From contig JAMWBK010000012.1 of the NCBI GenBank assembly GCA_029953675.1, forward strand, positions 682,001 through 746,000: 64,000 bases of DNA, given 5' to 3'. The stretch is from Rhodosorus marinus CCMP1338 (lineage: Eukaryota > Plantae > Rhodophyta). The notes under the pieces were generated by a model, which saw nothing but the letters and a program-made list of their open reading frames with translations, was not told where the DNA came from and made no database searches. Every line of letters begins with the position of its first letter. Within the stretch, counting starts at the first letter, position 1. Positions 10,001-23,603 of the stretch are shown one piece after another. The translations under genes and the position numbers were made by a program.

Positions 10001-12999
10001 GCTCTCCTTAACTTCCCCTCCCACATACAAGAACAAGCAATCGAGTAAAACCTTCAGTTGAATACGCTTCGACCCACACTGTCAAGCATGTGAACAACCA
10101 GAGTTCAATACCCAGCACGAATATCCGTAAACTTCATCAACCACCCATTCCTGAGCACAAACACATGGAACTGAGACTAATCCGGATAGCCGTCCGAGCT
10201 GAAGATGTTCTGCCCATAGTTTTTTCGGGGGAAAGTTGCGGTTGACCCTCCACTTACGTTTTCCTATTTTTCTTTCACACTCGCTCCTTTGCATGAACAG
10301 ACACTAAACACAATCGTATGCCACAAAGCGCCTTTTTTGTCGCGACTCCGTTCAAAAGGAAATAAACCTGACTTCAAAATGACCTGAAAGCTGGAGACTC
10401 TGCGGAAGCGCCGATTGCATAGAACGGGAAGGTTTTTTTCCAATCAAACCTAATCAAACAATGCAACGAACTTTTTCCTGACCGCATATCATCTTGGAAG
10501 CTGGTAGCCTGGAGACCATCAAGAACACGTAAGTGGCAGAGTCACAGAGCTAGATGACTACGGCAAGGGAATCTCGTCATCTTGTCCAGGGCGGTATTTA
10601 TTCCTGTATTTATGCGCGATGCACTTTTTGAACTTGCCGCCGTGAGTCCTAGAGCTTTCTCAACGATCTTTCGAGCAATTTTTAGGACGGAGGAGGGTCG
10701 TACGACCATCAGGAGCAAGTATCAAACCGCTAGCATCAGGCCTTTTTCTCGGATTGATCTATTTACTGGTGGTCCATCTGCTCCGCTCCAAACCACCTAT
10801 GCGCAAAACAATTTTCTTAGGAACGACATCTTGCCCACTTTTACGCCAATTCGATTTCAGAGAACGACCCTACAAAAGGAACCTGACGTCGTCGGAGCCC
10901 TTGGAACGTCAGACCGTGTCTTGGTACCGTTCTCCGTTTCTACTGAAGCGACTGTACGTGGTATAGAGAAGTTGCGACTATAGCAGTAAAACAAATTCTG
11001 GGAACGAGGCCTACATATTTTTCGGCTTTCTTCAGCGTTCCTGGACCCACCCTGGTCGCCTTGTTTTTGTCACGATGCTCATAACTAGCTCTACATTCAC
11101 GGATGCGACGACCTAAAAGCTGGATAGTTTTTCGCGATACACGCCCATTGGAAGGCCATACAACCTTCGTAACTATTTTTGATCCCTTCCAAGGATATGA
11201 ATTCAACAGCTCTGGTAACTTGTAAAGCTTAACTAATCCCTGATGGGAATTTGAACTCGACCAATAGTTTTCAACTGCATAACTCGCGGGATGGACGCCG
11301 ATTGTTATCCCCGCATTCTTGACCGGAAGGGTTTCTTACTATCATTGATTGATGATTCAATAAACGCCAGGGAAGCTGCAAACAAAAATGGTAGTGCGTA
11401 GAAAGGCATAGGTATATACCTACGCCTGATCCCAATCTTGGAATAAAATGAAGAACAAACTCCGCAATAAAAAAAAAAAAAACGCTTTATGCTCTAACTA
11501 AACCCGTAGTCCCGGCGAGGTTGAGCAGTTCGGGCAGTCATTGATCTCGTCTGAGTTGACATCGCCATCCTCTTCACAGAGCTGACGTCCGGACATGTCC
11601 TAGTTCAGAACAGCACCACGGATCTACCTGCGTTTGTTTCAGGCCACTTCGCAATCTAATCGTCCCGCCTTTTTGTCAAGCGCGTGAGAATCGGATCGCA
11701 ACGGTTGTGGCTACTGTTTCTTGCCTTGCGTGTGCGCTCCTCCGAGGCCTAAGGACGAGATGCCACAAACGTATGAAATATTTCATGAGGGAGTGTTGGA
11801 CCTTAATAGTCTCCACTGTTGAATTCGAATCGGAGCCTCCATCGATCGGCTTCGACAGAAGGGACTTGTAGACCTGGGACTCGCAACCCGAAGATCTGCC
11901 GCGTGTGGCAGTTCCTCGATCGGCATGATAGCCGAGGCTAGCTGCTGTCGCCTTAGCTTGCACGCTCTAGTTCCTCGTAGCTAGTTCACGTTACTCTTTC
12001 TGTAGCGCCCGTCCTTCCGTTTTCAAGGTTGTGAGAGCTGGATCGACTTTTTCAGCAACCATCTTCTGGGCTCATGTGAGCTCAATTCATTTTGAAAGGC
12101 TTACGGATGAGACTTCATACGCGTATGAACGAGATCCTGAACGAAGAATTGACCCGAGTTGGCTACAGTGTCGCATCGAATCGGAACTGCATCGATCGGT
12201 CTCGGCTGAGGAGGCACCTCGCTGCATCACAGATCTCCTGTCTTGGATGCTCTAGCCAGACTTTCGGAAAACTGTGAAACTACCAGTCCCTTTTCCTGTG
12301 CCAAGTCCCATCCGCTGCCCAACTCCCGGGTGGACTGCCGCTAGGAAGGAAAGGTCTAAAGGGTTCTAGCCTTTCATTGTGTAAATTTTTTGGCTGCCTC
12401 GGCATGTATTTTTGGAATGTGGTCACAAATGTTCTACTGACCATCCCGCACGGGTCCTAGTACTTTGTACTCAAACGCCGTTTCAATTTCGCCTTGTCAC
12501 GATGCTTGTGCTGGATCGTGGCCAAGGCTCGCCCCATCTCGTGTTGAACGTTTTAGGTCTGGGGTACCTAGATCGCACTACGCCCTGAGTAGGGCCTAAG
12601 CCTACGTGTGTAAAACTACCGCCTCCCCGAATGCTTGCACATTCTAAGTTCAGTATTTTACCCGCGAGCTTGTCAATATTTTAAAGTGGGAATTCGACTG
12701 TTGTAAAAGCGGTGATTTGATCCGACCTCTATATCAGACCAAAGCTGCAAGAAATACTAGGAGCTTAAACGGAATCCTAAGGCAAGATCTCATTGAGCTA
12801 CGCCGTTCCATAATCGCCGGAGAAAGAGGGTTCGGCAAGAACAATGCCGTTCTCGTGAAAGTCCTTCTCGCCAACCATGCTATGCGATTCGATGGCGAGC
12901 TCACACCAATGCGCAATAGACACAATCCACTCATGAACTTTCACCGTTCCTAGAAATATTATCCCTTTTTGTTTTCTACTTCCCACTATCACAGCCGGG

Positions 13000-13960
13000 T
13001 GAGCATCTTATACTCTTCGCCGATAGAAGGAACGATCGTACGCCGAGAGCATGGCCAGCCTCCCCTTCAGTGAGTTCGAGCCGCAAAGGTTTCAGCCTTT
13101 GATTGTGGAAAGTTCTGGTCACCTTGAAAATACAAGCTTTGGAGTGGCTTCGCGAAGGTTTTACCGACCATCCTGCCGAGTATCTTGTACTTCTACGCCG
13201 GTTCAGTGTCGTATGGCGATATTCTAGCAGGGTACTAGCTGAGTCTCGCTACCGCCGCCTTGGCTTGCAGGCTTCTGCTGCTCGTAAAGAATCCGCTTGG
13301 GCGCAGGATCTGGTTCTGGCGTGCGAATTCATGTTGGACGCGCGTCATCAGTGTCTCCCTTTACGCTCCTCATGGCAGATAGGCTCTGAACAAGCGCAGA
13401 TAGTGATGCTGCCGGTCTGGAATGTACCTGAATATCGGAAAATTGCTGAGTTCCCCAATTCCGGGACTGCGAACGTAGACATCGACAAGACTGTAGCAAC
13501 GACAGCACAAGGCGATCGATCTGTACTGAGCTAGCCAGGCGACGCAGCCGACGACGATTTCCTGAATAAAACAGGACATCACGCTCACTTCGAGACCCAC
13601 GACCTTAGCCCAGACCTGGTGGCCATCTACCCCAGGACCTGGCAACATTCCCTGAGTCATTCTGAATGATGGGACCGGATGAATGCGATGACCGATAAGA
13701 GCCTCCGCACGCAGAGGCGATGGCTCATCCAACCTTTCGGGATTCGGCGCTGTCTCAGCGGTTTGTACCGCTCGTGCTTTCGTCGTTTATACAGTGATGC
13801 TTCTCGCCGGCTTCGTCCTGACTTTCGCAGTGCCCGTGGGACATCTTGACAGCCTCCTCACGGACTGTCTTTGACACCCTTCCGCTCCACCGCTGCTCTG
13901 TTGGTGGACGGGCGTCATCAGCGTCTCCCTTCGTTAAGCTCCTACAGCGCTAGCTCGCTT
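13000..13960 (+). mobile_element. Possible degenerate DIRS-like retroelement remnant (RNase H/methyltransferase-like region)
   Basis: Broken motifs LFADRRNDRTP and SRY...W...QIGSEQAQIVMLPVW resemble the DIRS MT-like domain. An imperfect ~36-bp repeat lies at 13335-13371 and 13905-13944. Many stops. Confidence 0.3.
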
Positions 13961-14397
13961 CAGATAGATGACCGGGTATCTCTGACGGCTTTCATTTCAC
14001 CATGATCATTCGCTCGCAGCTATAAGAGAAGACCTAACACCCCTACGAGCCAAGAAGTCTTAAGTCCATCCGGTCAGTCTATCTAGTAGGGGACAAGACT
14101 ACGGGCGAAAGTAGAAGAGAATACTGAGGGATTTTCGATACGACATTAAGAATAGTGATGTCCTCAAAAAGCGAACCGCTGTGCCAGCCGTCGCTCCAAG
14201 ACCCCCATGACAATCAAAACCCTCATTTTGGATCGGAATCAATGATTTTCTGTTGGGATGATGACGTCGATTGAAAGCTTTTTTCCGGGGAAGAAGACGG
14301 TGCGTGGGGGGGAAGATCGATTCTCATCTTTTCTGAATCTTCGATAAGGATTTCTAGGGCCTTCTTTGTTCCTTTTGTTGAGAATTTGAGAAATAAA

Positions 14398-15292
14398 ATG
14401 GAGAGCTTGGGAGAGTATTGGAAGAGATTTAAGACTTCCTCGAACCAGTCGGTGCGTTTTAAGGATTTGACTTGGACCCAGCTGAGGATGTTTTGTTTAC
14501 GATTTTTTGACCGGATTTGAACCAATTCTTTCCGTTCGTGATTGGATTCTACAGGTTGTTCTGCAGGTAGTCAACCTTGGTCTGCTTCTCTCCGGAGCTC
14601 TTGTGGCGTACAAGATCCTGAGCTTTATCACGCAGGCTGAGAGCCCTATTGTGGTCGTCTTAAGGTGTGTGGGAGTAGACCCTCCTTTTTGCCCGGGTTT
14701 TTGCAGGATTTGATGTGACTCTGAAAACTTGATAATCGTGCCATCATCGACCGCAACAGTGAAAGCATGGAACCGACTATACGAAGAGGTGATCTTCTCT
14801 TCTTATCAAACTACAAAGAGCCCTATACCACCGGAGATATCGTGGTATACCTCATACCAGGAAGAGAAGTACCGATTGTGCATCGGGTTGTAAAGGTTTG
14901 CTCGCAACGTGCTCACCAAAGACCTGAAAACCCCCTGTTCAGGCCTGTCATCTGACATCCATCTTCTCCCACAGGTCCACGACAACGAGACGGATTCAGA
15001 CCCTCAAATCTTAACCAAAGGGGACAACAACTTCGCAGATGATATCCAACTTTACGAAGGTAGACGTTGGCTAACTCGAGATCTGATCATTGGAAAGGCG
15101 TATCTTATTGTCCCTTATGCGGGAATGGTGCGTTAAAGAACCAACTCTAGCCGCGCTCCGCTTTATCCCCAAGAATCTAACCGTTGACCCGTTCTGCTTC
15201 ACCCTTAGTTGACCATATGGTTGAACGACTACCCACCCTTGAAGTTCGCGCTACTCGGATCGATGTCTCTGTTCGCTTTGTTAACAGACTAG
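14398..15292 (+). CDS. SEC11: Signal peptidase complex catalytic subunit SEC11 (5 exons)
   Basis: Spliced product [18 protein letters not shown]|VVLQVVNLG...ESPIVVVLS|[15 protein letters not shown]...IPIVHRVVK-type motif|...LTKGDNN...PYAGM|[13 protein letters not shown] introns at 14452-14554, 14665-14759, 14896-14974, 15128-15208. Confidence 0.95.
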
Positions 15293-15620
15293 TCCTTCCC
15301 GCAGTTTCAACCAGCTCGACGAGGGAAGACTATCGTGAAACGAGTGCTGATGTGCTCATCTCGCCACCTCCGCTCGCCCACTGCCGTTCCCGTCAATGAC
15401 GCAAAGGAACAGGCGAAGGCACGAATTGTCTCTCAACTGAATGTGCATTGTGAACTCGCCGTCGTCAACAACAATTTTCTAATAAAAAGCTTCGGAACGG
15501 AAGAGGTGGTTGTAGAGAAGCCAAAGAGCGCCCGAACGCGTAATATACTTTCTCGTTGCCGTTGAATAGAAACTCTTCGCCTACAAAAGGGTTTGTGGCT
15601 TTGCTCAACCTACTCCGGAA

Positions 15621-15892
15621 AAACCAGTTCGCTGGTTTCACGGGTTCCGAGTTCCTCCATGGATAGTCTGGTGGAAACACCAGACTCCCTCTACAGACAG
15701 GCTGGTGGCAACTCCAGAGATCCTCTACAGAAAATTTGGTGGCAACTCCAGACTCTCTCTACCGACAGTCTGGTGGCAACTCCTCAATCTTTCTACAGAC
15801 AAGTCTGGTGGAAACACTAGACACCCTCTGCAGACTTTCGGTAGAGACGGTCTGGTGGAAACACCGGTCCTCCCTCTATAGACAGTCTGGTT
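15621..15892 (+). repeat. Non-coding 34-bp minisatellite (~6 units) of GNRA-tetraloop hairpins, preceded by a UUCG hairpin
   Basis: Units start at 15666, 15700, 15734, 15768, 15803 and 15850, with consensus GTCTGGTG-G(A/C)AA-C(A/T)CCAGAC plus a ~14-nt linker. AAACCAG-TTCG-CTGGTTT at 15621-15638. Confidence 0.85.
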
Positions 15893-16089
15893 CCTTCTCA
15901 ATTCTCGTCCGCTAAGTACTCTCGATCCTACATGACAACGACGATATCGAAGGAAGGTGATCTCATAGCGAATATCTTCAGCTGCCTGGAAGGCTGCGGA
16001 GAATTGAAGGCAGAAGCTGGGACTGAGTTTAGCCAAGGTGAAGTTGATTCTGAGACAGATAAAGGAGCTTTGAACTGAGCAGAACAAGA

Positions 16090-17412
16090 ATGGACAGTCT
16101 TGGAAACTACCGTGTCTATCGGTTTGGTTTGTGCCTGTTGCCCCCGTCTTGGAAACCCATCGCATGGAGTCGGGTGATATCCTTCACAGCGATTGCGATG
16201 TGCTGGTGGATCTTGTTCGTTACTAAAGCTTGACTTCATAGCCAGCCTTCACGTTCGTGTTCTGATCCTTAGTCTCGTTCTTCGACTGCTAAACACTAGA
16301 CTTCCATTCATTGTCGGTGGAAAGGGGAGTAGGTTGCTACGGCTGTGCTTTCTGTTTGTTCATCTGGACATCGCAGCGTGTGAACATCTTCTTCTAAGAA
16401 CGGCGTGTACAGACCCTGGAATTGTGCTTCGTTCGAGTTCTCCTCCAGCAGACGCTGAGAAATTCCGGCTTAAGAACGGTCGATATCCACGCTCAAAGCC
16501 AGCAACGGTGAACGGCGTTAGCACCCACACTTGGTTTTGCGGTAAGCTTTCTCTCAGATGAAGAAGTCGTGCGGCCGAGCGCGATTTGATTCTGTCTAAA
16601 TCAAGCATTGTGTTTTTGATGATCTTTAGGTACCTGTCTGATATGGATTCCTCAGAGAGGATTCCACTGCAAGACTTGTGACGTCTGCGTTCAACACTTT
16701 GACCACCACTGCGAGTTCACAGGAAGCTGTATTGGTGAGCAAACGGAATCTGTTTGTCGTTTTCTTCATGAACGAGCAAGAAAAGAATCTGTGGTCCTCA
16801 CCAGAGAGCTTTTTTGTCATCTCCAGGCGAACGCAACTACGGTCTGTTCTTTGGGGCCGCGTTAACGGCATCGCTTGCAGGATTGCTGAGCACTGTCTGG
16901 ATCGTCCTGTTCGTTGTTGAGCTTACTTCGATATCGAGCGAACAGAAATCCGTTCTCCTGAAGCTAACCGAAGGCCTCGGCTCGAGAGCGACACTGAAGC
17001 TGGTGGTAAGCTTCGTCTACCTGTCGCTATAGACAGGCCTAACCCAGTTCTGATGGATCGGGTTTTCCAGGTTCTTGCTTTCGTCATGGTGCTTGGAATG
17101 GTCTTCTTCTTCAGCTTTGCGGGGCTTCTTCTTCATCACCTTCAGCTTCTTCGGGAGAACATTACACACCACGAGATGGTACGATCCGGACCACTCTGCG
17201 GCCAAGCAGCGGTATCTCCATAGCTGACTGGTGGAGTCCTTTTGCTTTCAAAGTTGAGAGGTACTTGGGAACAAAGTTCTGGACCTCCGAAGAGTGCGTA
17301 TCCAAAGCGGAGTCTGGTTGAGGTGCTGAAGACGCTAGTCACAGACCGGCGGCCGGAGAGTGAGTTGTGGAGTCACATTCAGACACCGGGAGGAGGGTCC
17401 GGACAGGTTTAG
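16090..17412 (+). CDS. DHHC-type protein S-acyltransferase (multi-exon; start and some exon borders uncertain)
   Basis: TACTDPGIV; TWFC|GTCLIWIPQRGFHCKTCDVCVQHFDHHCEFTGSCIG|ERNYGLFF; HHLQLLRENITHHEM; TM segments. Intron 16542-16629 and further GT-AG introns. Confidence 0.88.
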
Positions 17413-17925
17413 CGCCGTGAGAGATATTTCTTGTTGTACTGAGCGCGTCTGGAGTCATTTTTGGTACCCAAAACCCCATCACTCTTGCCTTGGAAACTGT
17501 TATCCGAGTTTTCTTGTTTTTGGTGGCGTGCCTTGCACGCTCCTCTTTTGGTTTGTCCCGAAAAGTTTGTTGGGCATCCCCCGGCAGGACTTGTTTCGAA
17601 TCATATTGAAGAGAAGAAGGGAAAGCTGCTCTATCGCCCCTTGAGCGCGTTGAGAAGAGGATGAGCTTCGCTAGTACAAGAGGCCCCAGGCAAGGAACCT
17701 GACAATTCTTGGCGTCGAGACTGCGTTTTGGCAGAGACAAGAACTGTCCCAAGCCGCAGAGAAGATATTACAACAACGCGTCATCTTCCCACTAAATCTG
17801 CACTTGTAACTGGACGTGGCGATGTGCGCACCGTCCAGTGAACCGAAAGGTTTTTTCAACGCTCCCGTGCAGCAAGCTCTTTGCGGGACCGTCTGAGCAA
17901 ATTTTACGCCTCCGATATCTTGCAA
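17400..17925 (-). pseudogene. Degenerate PIF/Harbinger (DDE_Tnp_4)-like transposase remnant
   Basis: SLDGAHIA resembles (A/I)IDGTHIP, followed by a YxxR..G..N-like segment and a downstream LPGDA resembling LLGDSGY. Frameshifted and stop-interrupted. Confidence 0.4.
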
Positions 17926-19657
17926 CCTACGTCACGTCCCGGCCAGGAAAGGCCGTACGAAAAATCCAAGTCCGCGAACTTTGAAGCAGAATTCCAAGTC
18001 TGTCGCGGATGGCGTGGGTGCTCCTTCAATCAATTGCACACACACAAGCGTGTTCCCAGCCTGTCAACCCCCCACGTTGCTTCGAGACAAGTGCGGCTAT
18101 CACGGTGTCGATAAATGTAGCCAAAATCCTCCCGAAAACAAGCCGGGACGAACGTGGGACAAATTTGAGCTCAGGTCTTTCCTATGCCTCTAAAAACCAG
18201 CATTTGAATAACAAAAACTAAACAAAGAGTCAACAGACAGGGCTCCCTGCTCTCTTCTCCACGAACCGTATACAAAGATTATCTACCTCAGTCAGAAACG
18301 TAGCCAAGGCCCTCCCAAAAAGCGAAGGGGAGATTAACGTGGGATGAGCAGAGCTGAAGTCCGTCCCTACGTGTCTCAAAACCAGTGTTGACAAAAGGAA
18401 AAAAAAAAAAAAAAAGCTTTCTAAGCAGACAGACAAACTACATGTCCCGTCCCTTCTCCAAGGCAATCCCTTCATCGCTCTGCTGAGCAAATTTGCACCA
18501 ACGAGAAGTCCACCAAATCCCACAATATAAGTGTCACTAACTATGAACCAAAAATATACAAAACAAAATACAAATAATTAAGTAATAGTGGTATATCAAT
18601 CCATATTAACAATATATTTTTAAATCTATTCCAAAAAGATCTTATAGAAATATATTTATAACTATTCAGTCACTATATGGTACTGATAGACATGACACTT
18701 ATAGTCATCCTAAATCTCAGAGACGCATCATCGGCCACCGTGGCCGGAATCCAGGGCGGCAGCCTACCATGTACCGTATCTGGCTCAATATATCACTATG
18801 AAAATAATCTTAATGAAAATATTGTATTGTATATACGATATAAAATATAGCTTAGATTGGTACATATTTTTATTTATGTATAATGTTTTTGAAATAATTG
18901 CACATCATTTTGTCGGAGAAAAAATGAAGACAGGAGGCGCCTGCTGCTTGACGACTAGAAAAGAGAAAACCAAGACGTTCTTAAACTTTTCAATTTTTTT
19001 TCTCCCTTTTTTCACGCAGCAGAGCTTACAACTCCGAATCACTCGATCCCGTTCACCAACCCCCCTAATATTTCTGCCCACATTGACGAAAACAATGAAT
19101 ATAATAATAAAATACGAAATGGGTAAATCGAAACCCAACGGGTTTCAACATTCCGATCGAAGATAGCAATCATAAATGTCACTCTAGTTGAAACTAATAA
19201 TGACTGAATGTGAATATTTAAAATTAGTTTATATTTTAAATATACAGTTATGAGGATTGATTGATTGAATACTCAATTAGTTTACAATTTTAAAATATAA
19301 TTTATTGATATTGATTGTATGAATGATGACGCTTATAATATTATTTTGTTTTTTCTTGGTCTGGTGGTGAAAATGGGGTTTGATTTATGTGGTCAAAATG
19401 GATGAAGACGAGGTTTATAAGGCAACTTTGGAGGAGGATTGGATGGGGCGGGAGGATCGGGGTTTGGGGCAGGGGAAGGGGGGCTGGTCGTCTGGGCGGG
19501 ATGATGTGAAGCTGTTGGGGGTATATTTTATTGGACAGGTGAAGAGAAGAAGGGAGGTGGGCTAGCTGCGCTTGCTGGGGTTCTTCTTCTTGTCTGAATG
19601 AGAAGTGTTCTTCTGTGGGGAGGGCACCGGGGCGGGGGTGGGGGGTGAGTTTCGAAG

Positions 19658-21385
19658 ATGAGTAAGGCGGGAAGCAGGGATCCGTTCAGAATGAGGAAGA
19701 GTCCAGGGAGCTGGTTGACGCACAGGATTGTGATTTTTAGTGGTGTGGTGACAGTTTTGTTTGGGTTCTACGGGCTGACGTCGTTGAGGCAGGATTTGGA
19801 ATCGAGTTCGCTTGGTCAGGATGAGCAGTTTTTGGGCAAAAAATTGGTCGAAGTTCCGGAGGTTCCAGGTTCTGGACAGGGACCTACTGTATCAGCTGGT
19901 AGTGCAAGTGAGGAAGAGCTGATGGAGTCTCTGATGGACAAATACGCAATCAGTACTGAAGGTGGGCAAAAGCAGCCTGGGGCAGGTCCTCCGCTGCAGC
20001 CGCCTCAACAGGCACCTGTACCGCCGCCACCAGCGGTACCTCTATCAGCACCGGATACCCAGGTCCCTGCACCACCAGCCGTGCCCGTACCAACAGCGGA
20101 TGGACAGGTCCCTGCGCCACCAGCGCAGCAGCAAGTCCCACAGCCGCCAGCACAAGGCGATCCCGCAAACCCGTACTTCCGCTCCGTTGAAGTACCACCA
20201 GCGGGTGCGGCTGGTGGTCAACCTCCGCCACCACCTGCGGTACCAGCTGCTGTTGAACAGAATCCGCCCTCAGATCCGAATCCGCTCTCAGATCTAGACC
20301 TGTACATTCCAGAGGGCCCCAACGAGATGTTCGGAAAGACCATCTCCTTCAGCCCAATGGAGAAGTGGGACGCCATTCCGATCAACGTTGCGGATTACGA
20401 CCTGAGCAAACTGTCACAACAGCTGCCGGAGTGTGCGACCACTGTCTCACCGCCCAAGACGTTCATTTTTATCATGTCTTCTCATACTGGAAGTGCGTAT
20501 TCTCTCGGAGTCAGCGGATGCCAAGGTCATGTGAACTAAGAGCCGTGCTTTTGTGTAGGTACCGCAATGATGTCCCAGCTATTGCGACACCCAGATCTTC
20601 ACTGGCTTCACGGGGGTGGTACGATGGAACTCTTGAATCGGCCGGGCATTCTTGGCGACGATGAAGCCGAGGTAAGGTTCACAAGAGGGTTTATGTCCGA
20701 CTGCGTGAAAGTGGGTAAGGTCGGTGGGTTCAAAATGAATCCGACTCCGATCAAGCGCAACCCGGAACCATGGAAGCAGATTGCGGCCGACTTTGAGACT
20801 GGAGTCATCTGGAACTATCGAGAGAACATGTTAAAGAGGAGTGTTGGTCGATTCCCTCCATGTTTTCTCGACGATGACGTTTCTGTTGCCGGGGTCCAAG
20901 CAGGAATGAGCCGGGAGGAGCGATGTAAGCAAGGAGTCGGGTGCACGTTCAAGGTCGACGCGGAGAAGCTGCACTCTTTGATGGTGCGCTCGAAGATTCT
21001 CTATGATGATATGCATCAGGCGGTTAAGGAATTAACGGTGAATGCTGGTCGTCCGGCGTGCGTTCTGAATGTCCCGTACGAGGATTACCTCTACCACCCC
21101 ACGGAAACGATCCTTCAGATGGAAAAGTTCCTTGGGCTCAAGCCCTACATCACGGAGACGTGGAGGGCCAAAGCCACCAGCGACAACATGTGCGAGGTCG
21201 TAGAGAACTTTGCGGAGGTGTGCGCCGCATTCAGAGAGTGCAGCCTGTGGGGACAAATGTTAGAGGACCCGAAGAACAACTGCAGCTGCTCGAACTACCA
21301 GTACGAGTCTTTGGGGGGCGACGGTGTAAACCCGCTTTGCAAGGGATACTACCTACCAAATGCAGAGTACACCTGTCCGTACTAG
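19658..21385 (+). CDS. Type II membrane sulfotransferase-fold protein, paralog 1 (Stf0/P-loop sulfotransferase-like), ~553 aa, aperiodic Pro/Ala/Gln stem
   Basis: Short basic N-tail and TM (IVIFSGVVTVLFGFYGL). Intron 20493-20558 joins FIFIMSSHTGS|TAMMSQLLRHP. Further motifs GFKM, IWNYRENMLKRSVGR, YEDYL..P.E....[20 protein letters not shown]. Spliced length 1662 nt, in frame. Confidence 0.8.
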
Positions 21386-22419
21386 GGACTCAGAAAACGC
21401 CTCACTTAACCTATGTATTATAGTGGAGTCTTCAGTTGTTTCATAATGTGCTCAAAGAGTGACTGGCAGCAAGCACGGGACATGAGGTCTGAAGACCCGA
21501 GCAGAAGGCGCGGCGGCTTGCTAGGGTACTACACCACTTTCCAGGTTTGTTCCGATGCCTGTTTAGGCAGAGCGGCAGGACTCGATTTAACCACAGCAGA
21601 TCACGCAGTTCGCTGCGACTTAGTTGAGGTTTCCGGTTGTACCAGACGTTGGGAAACACTAGAGCAGAACCATTATTAGGTAGCTATAAAGCATGCTTTT
21701 TCGTATCCGTGGGTGAGCAAACGATAGCGCACAAGTTGTTGTTCAAGACACATCAATCCCCACCTTGTTTCTGGTTTCCGGTCCAAAACTGTCCCGGTAA
21801 TCAAAGTCAGGTGGGCAATCCGCAGCGGGAGCAAGCTCTTTGGCACGTGCTCGTGAGGGAAGTTGCTCAATGACGAGCGTTTAAAGAACTCATCATTGAA
21901 CTCTTCACCTAGGCGCAAAACCATCGGGATGCTCGTCCAGAGAGAGAGAGAGAGAGAAGAGGGATGGAGCAGGAGATAACCAGATTGCCGAGACAACCAA
22001 AGTCGGGTTGGTATCCACCATGGGTAGGTCTTTTCTAGCTCTTGGATCTCTTTCCAAAGACACCAGAACTGAAGACTATGGTTGGCTGGACATAACCTTA
22101 ACATAATAAATATTAAGTTCACCCTTGTAATGGTTGAAACGTTATGAGCTGGGGCATGTATCCCTGACGCGCTCGAGTCTAGCACATTTTCAACCCGCCG
22201 CCGAGGAACTTGGCCTCTCTCAACCTTTGATGTCGGCTCGTCTTCAACCACATCGTCTTGGTCATCCTCTGTCGTCTTAGGATCTCTGAAAGCCCTTCCG
22301 ACTGAACTCTACCCTGATCCACGTCTTCTTCTTGCTGCGCACCTTGTTTAAAATCATTATCATTGCTACCGTACCATTCCGGTAGCTGGTCGGGGAGAGA
22401 GAGAGAGAGGGAGAGAGAA

Positions 22420-22845
22420 CCCAAGGGCAGGAAACAGGAATCGAAAGAGAATGGAAAAGCAGACCACGTTTGCCTGCTCAAGAGAAGCCTGTACGGACTG
22501 AAGCAGGCATGGCGCGAGACGCGGACAACGGACCTAGAGAACGAAGGTTTCAGTGCACTACGTACGGAAAGCTGCGTATTCAGACAAGGCTACTGCCTGA
22601 TAGCAATCTACGTCGATGATATGCTAATGATCGGCAGCCAGGGGACCGTAGATGAGACAAAGACCGCGTTGTCCAGTCGCTACAAAAACAAGCCCCTCGG
22701 CACCGCAAAGCGACCACCTACGGGGTCAGAATCGCAAGAGTTAGGAAAAGGGTTGGATACTCTCGACGCAGGAGGGCTGCATTGAAAAGCTAGTCAAAAC
22801 TTACGGTTTGAGGGGATGCCATCCCCTATCCGCGCCCATCTCCAT
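22420..22845 (+). mobile_element. Ty1/copia reverse-transcriptase remnant, frameshifted
   Basis: GKADHVCLLKRSLYGLKQA and IAIYVDDMLMIG; after frameshifts GVRIAR and IEKLVKTYGLRGCHPLSAP. Confidence 0.88.
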
Positions 22846-23603
22846 TGAATCATCTTCACCATTCCCAAAGTCACAACCAAAAAAGTCGTACCAACACTTT
22901 TCCCGCGAAAAAATGACAATCCAAAAAAGGAATTTTGACTGGATACAATCATTATATTTTCGTCCACGAAATATCGTTGGATGCACAATTGTTTCGTCTC
23001 AAAAATGTGGACGTCGTTAAGGAGAATTTCGTATCTGTAGACTTTAAAGAGGTTGGAGCTTGTGGATGGGATGGGGAGAATGGGCAGGGGTTCGGGAGGG
23101 GTTTGGGAGAGGTTTAACTGGTTGCGGAGGAGAAGGATATTAAATCAGAGAGCTGGTTAATTCTACACTGTTTTAAATTCTTTGAGGGTGAATTTGGAGA
23201 GACGTGCCGCGCTGGGTATCTGTTTTGTGCGGAGAGGTTGGTGGTTTGGGTTCAGGTTGGTTTAAGGTTTTGGGTTGGTTGTTTGAAGAGATAGTGATGG
23301 TGAAGAGGGATTGTTAAAGTGGACGCCTGGTAGTGCTGTAATGGTGAATTGGAGAGACGCTTTGGTTTGGGGGTTGGATATCTGTTTTTTTATAGGCTTG
23401 GGAACGTGGTGTTCGGTTTGGATTTCGTCGGCGTGGGGGGTGAAAAGTTGGCTTGGGGAGTGTGAGTGACGGTCTTGAGCTGATGGGAAGCGATTGGAGG
23501 TGAGCTATCTATCCGTTGGGAGGACGCGCATTTTTTGGAAGGGCTGTTTGTGTTAGGAAATTGGTGTTGTTTAGTGGAAGGGTCGGGTATTTTTTGAGGA
23601 ATC

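Noticed and set aside
10582-12300. Several 60-130-aa ORFs
   Set aside because: No family motifs; probably decayed TE or intergenic sequence.
15666-15892. CRISPR-like look of the palindromic repeats
   Set aside because: Linkers are ~14 nt and homologous to each other, there are no cas genes, and the context is eukaryotic; treated as a hairpin minisatellite.
22805-22820. TTGAGGGGATG as a copia polypurine tract/LTR start
   Set aside because: It translates as part of the RT continuation YGLRGCHP, and no LTR pair was found.
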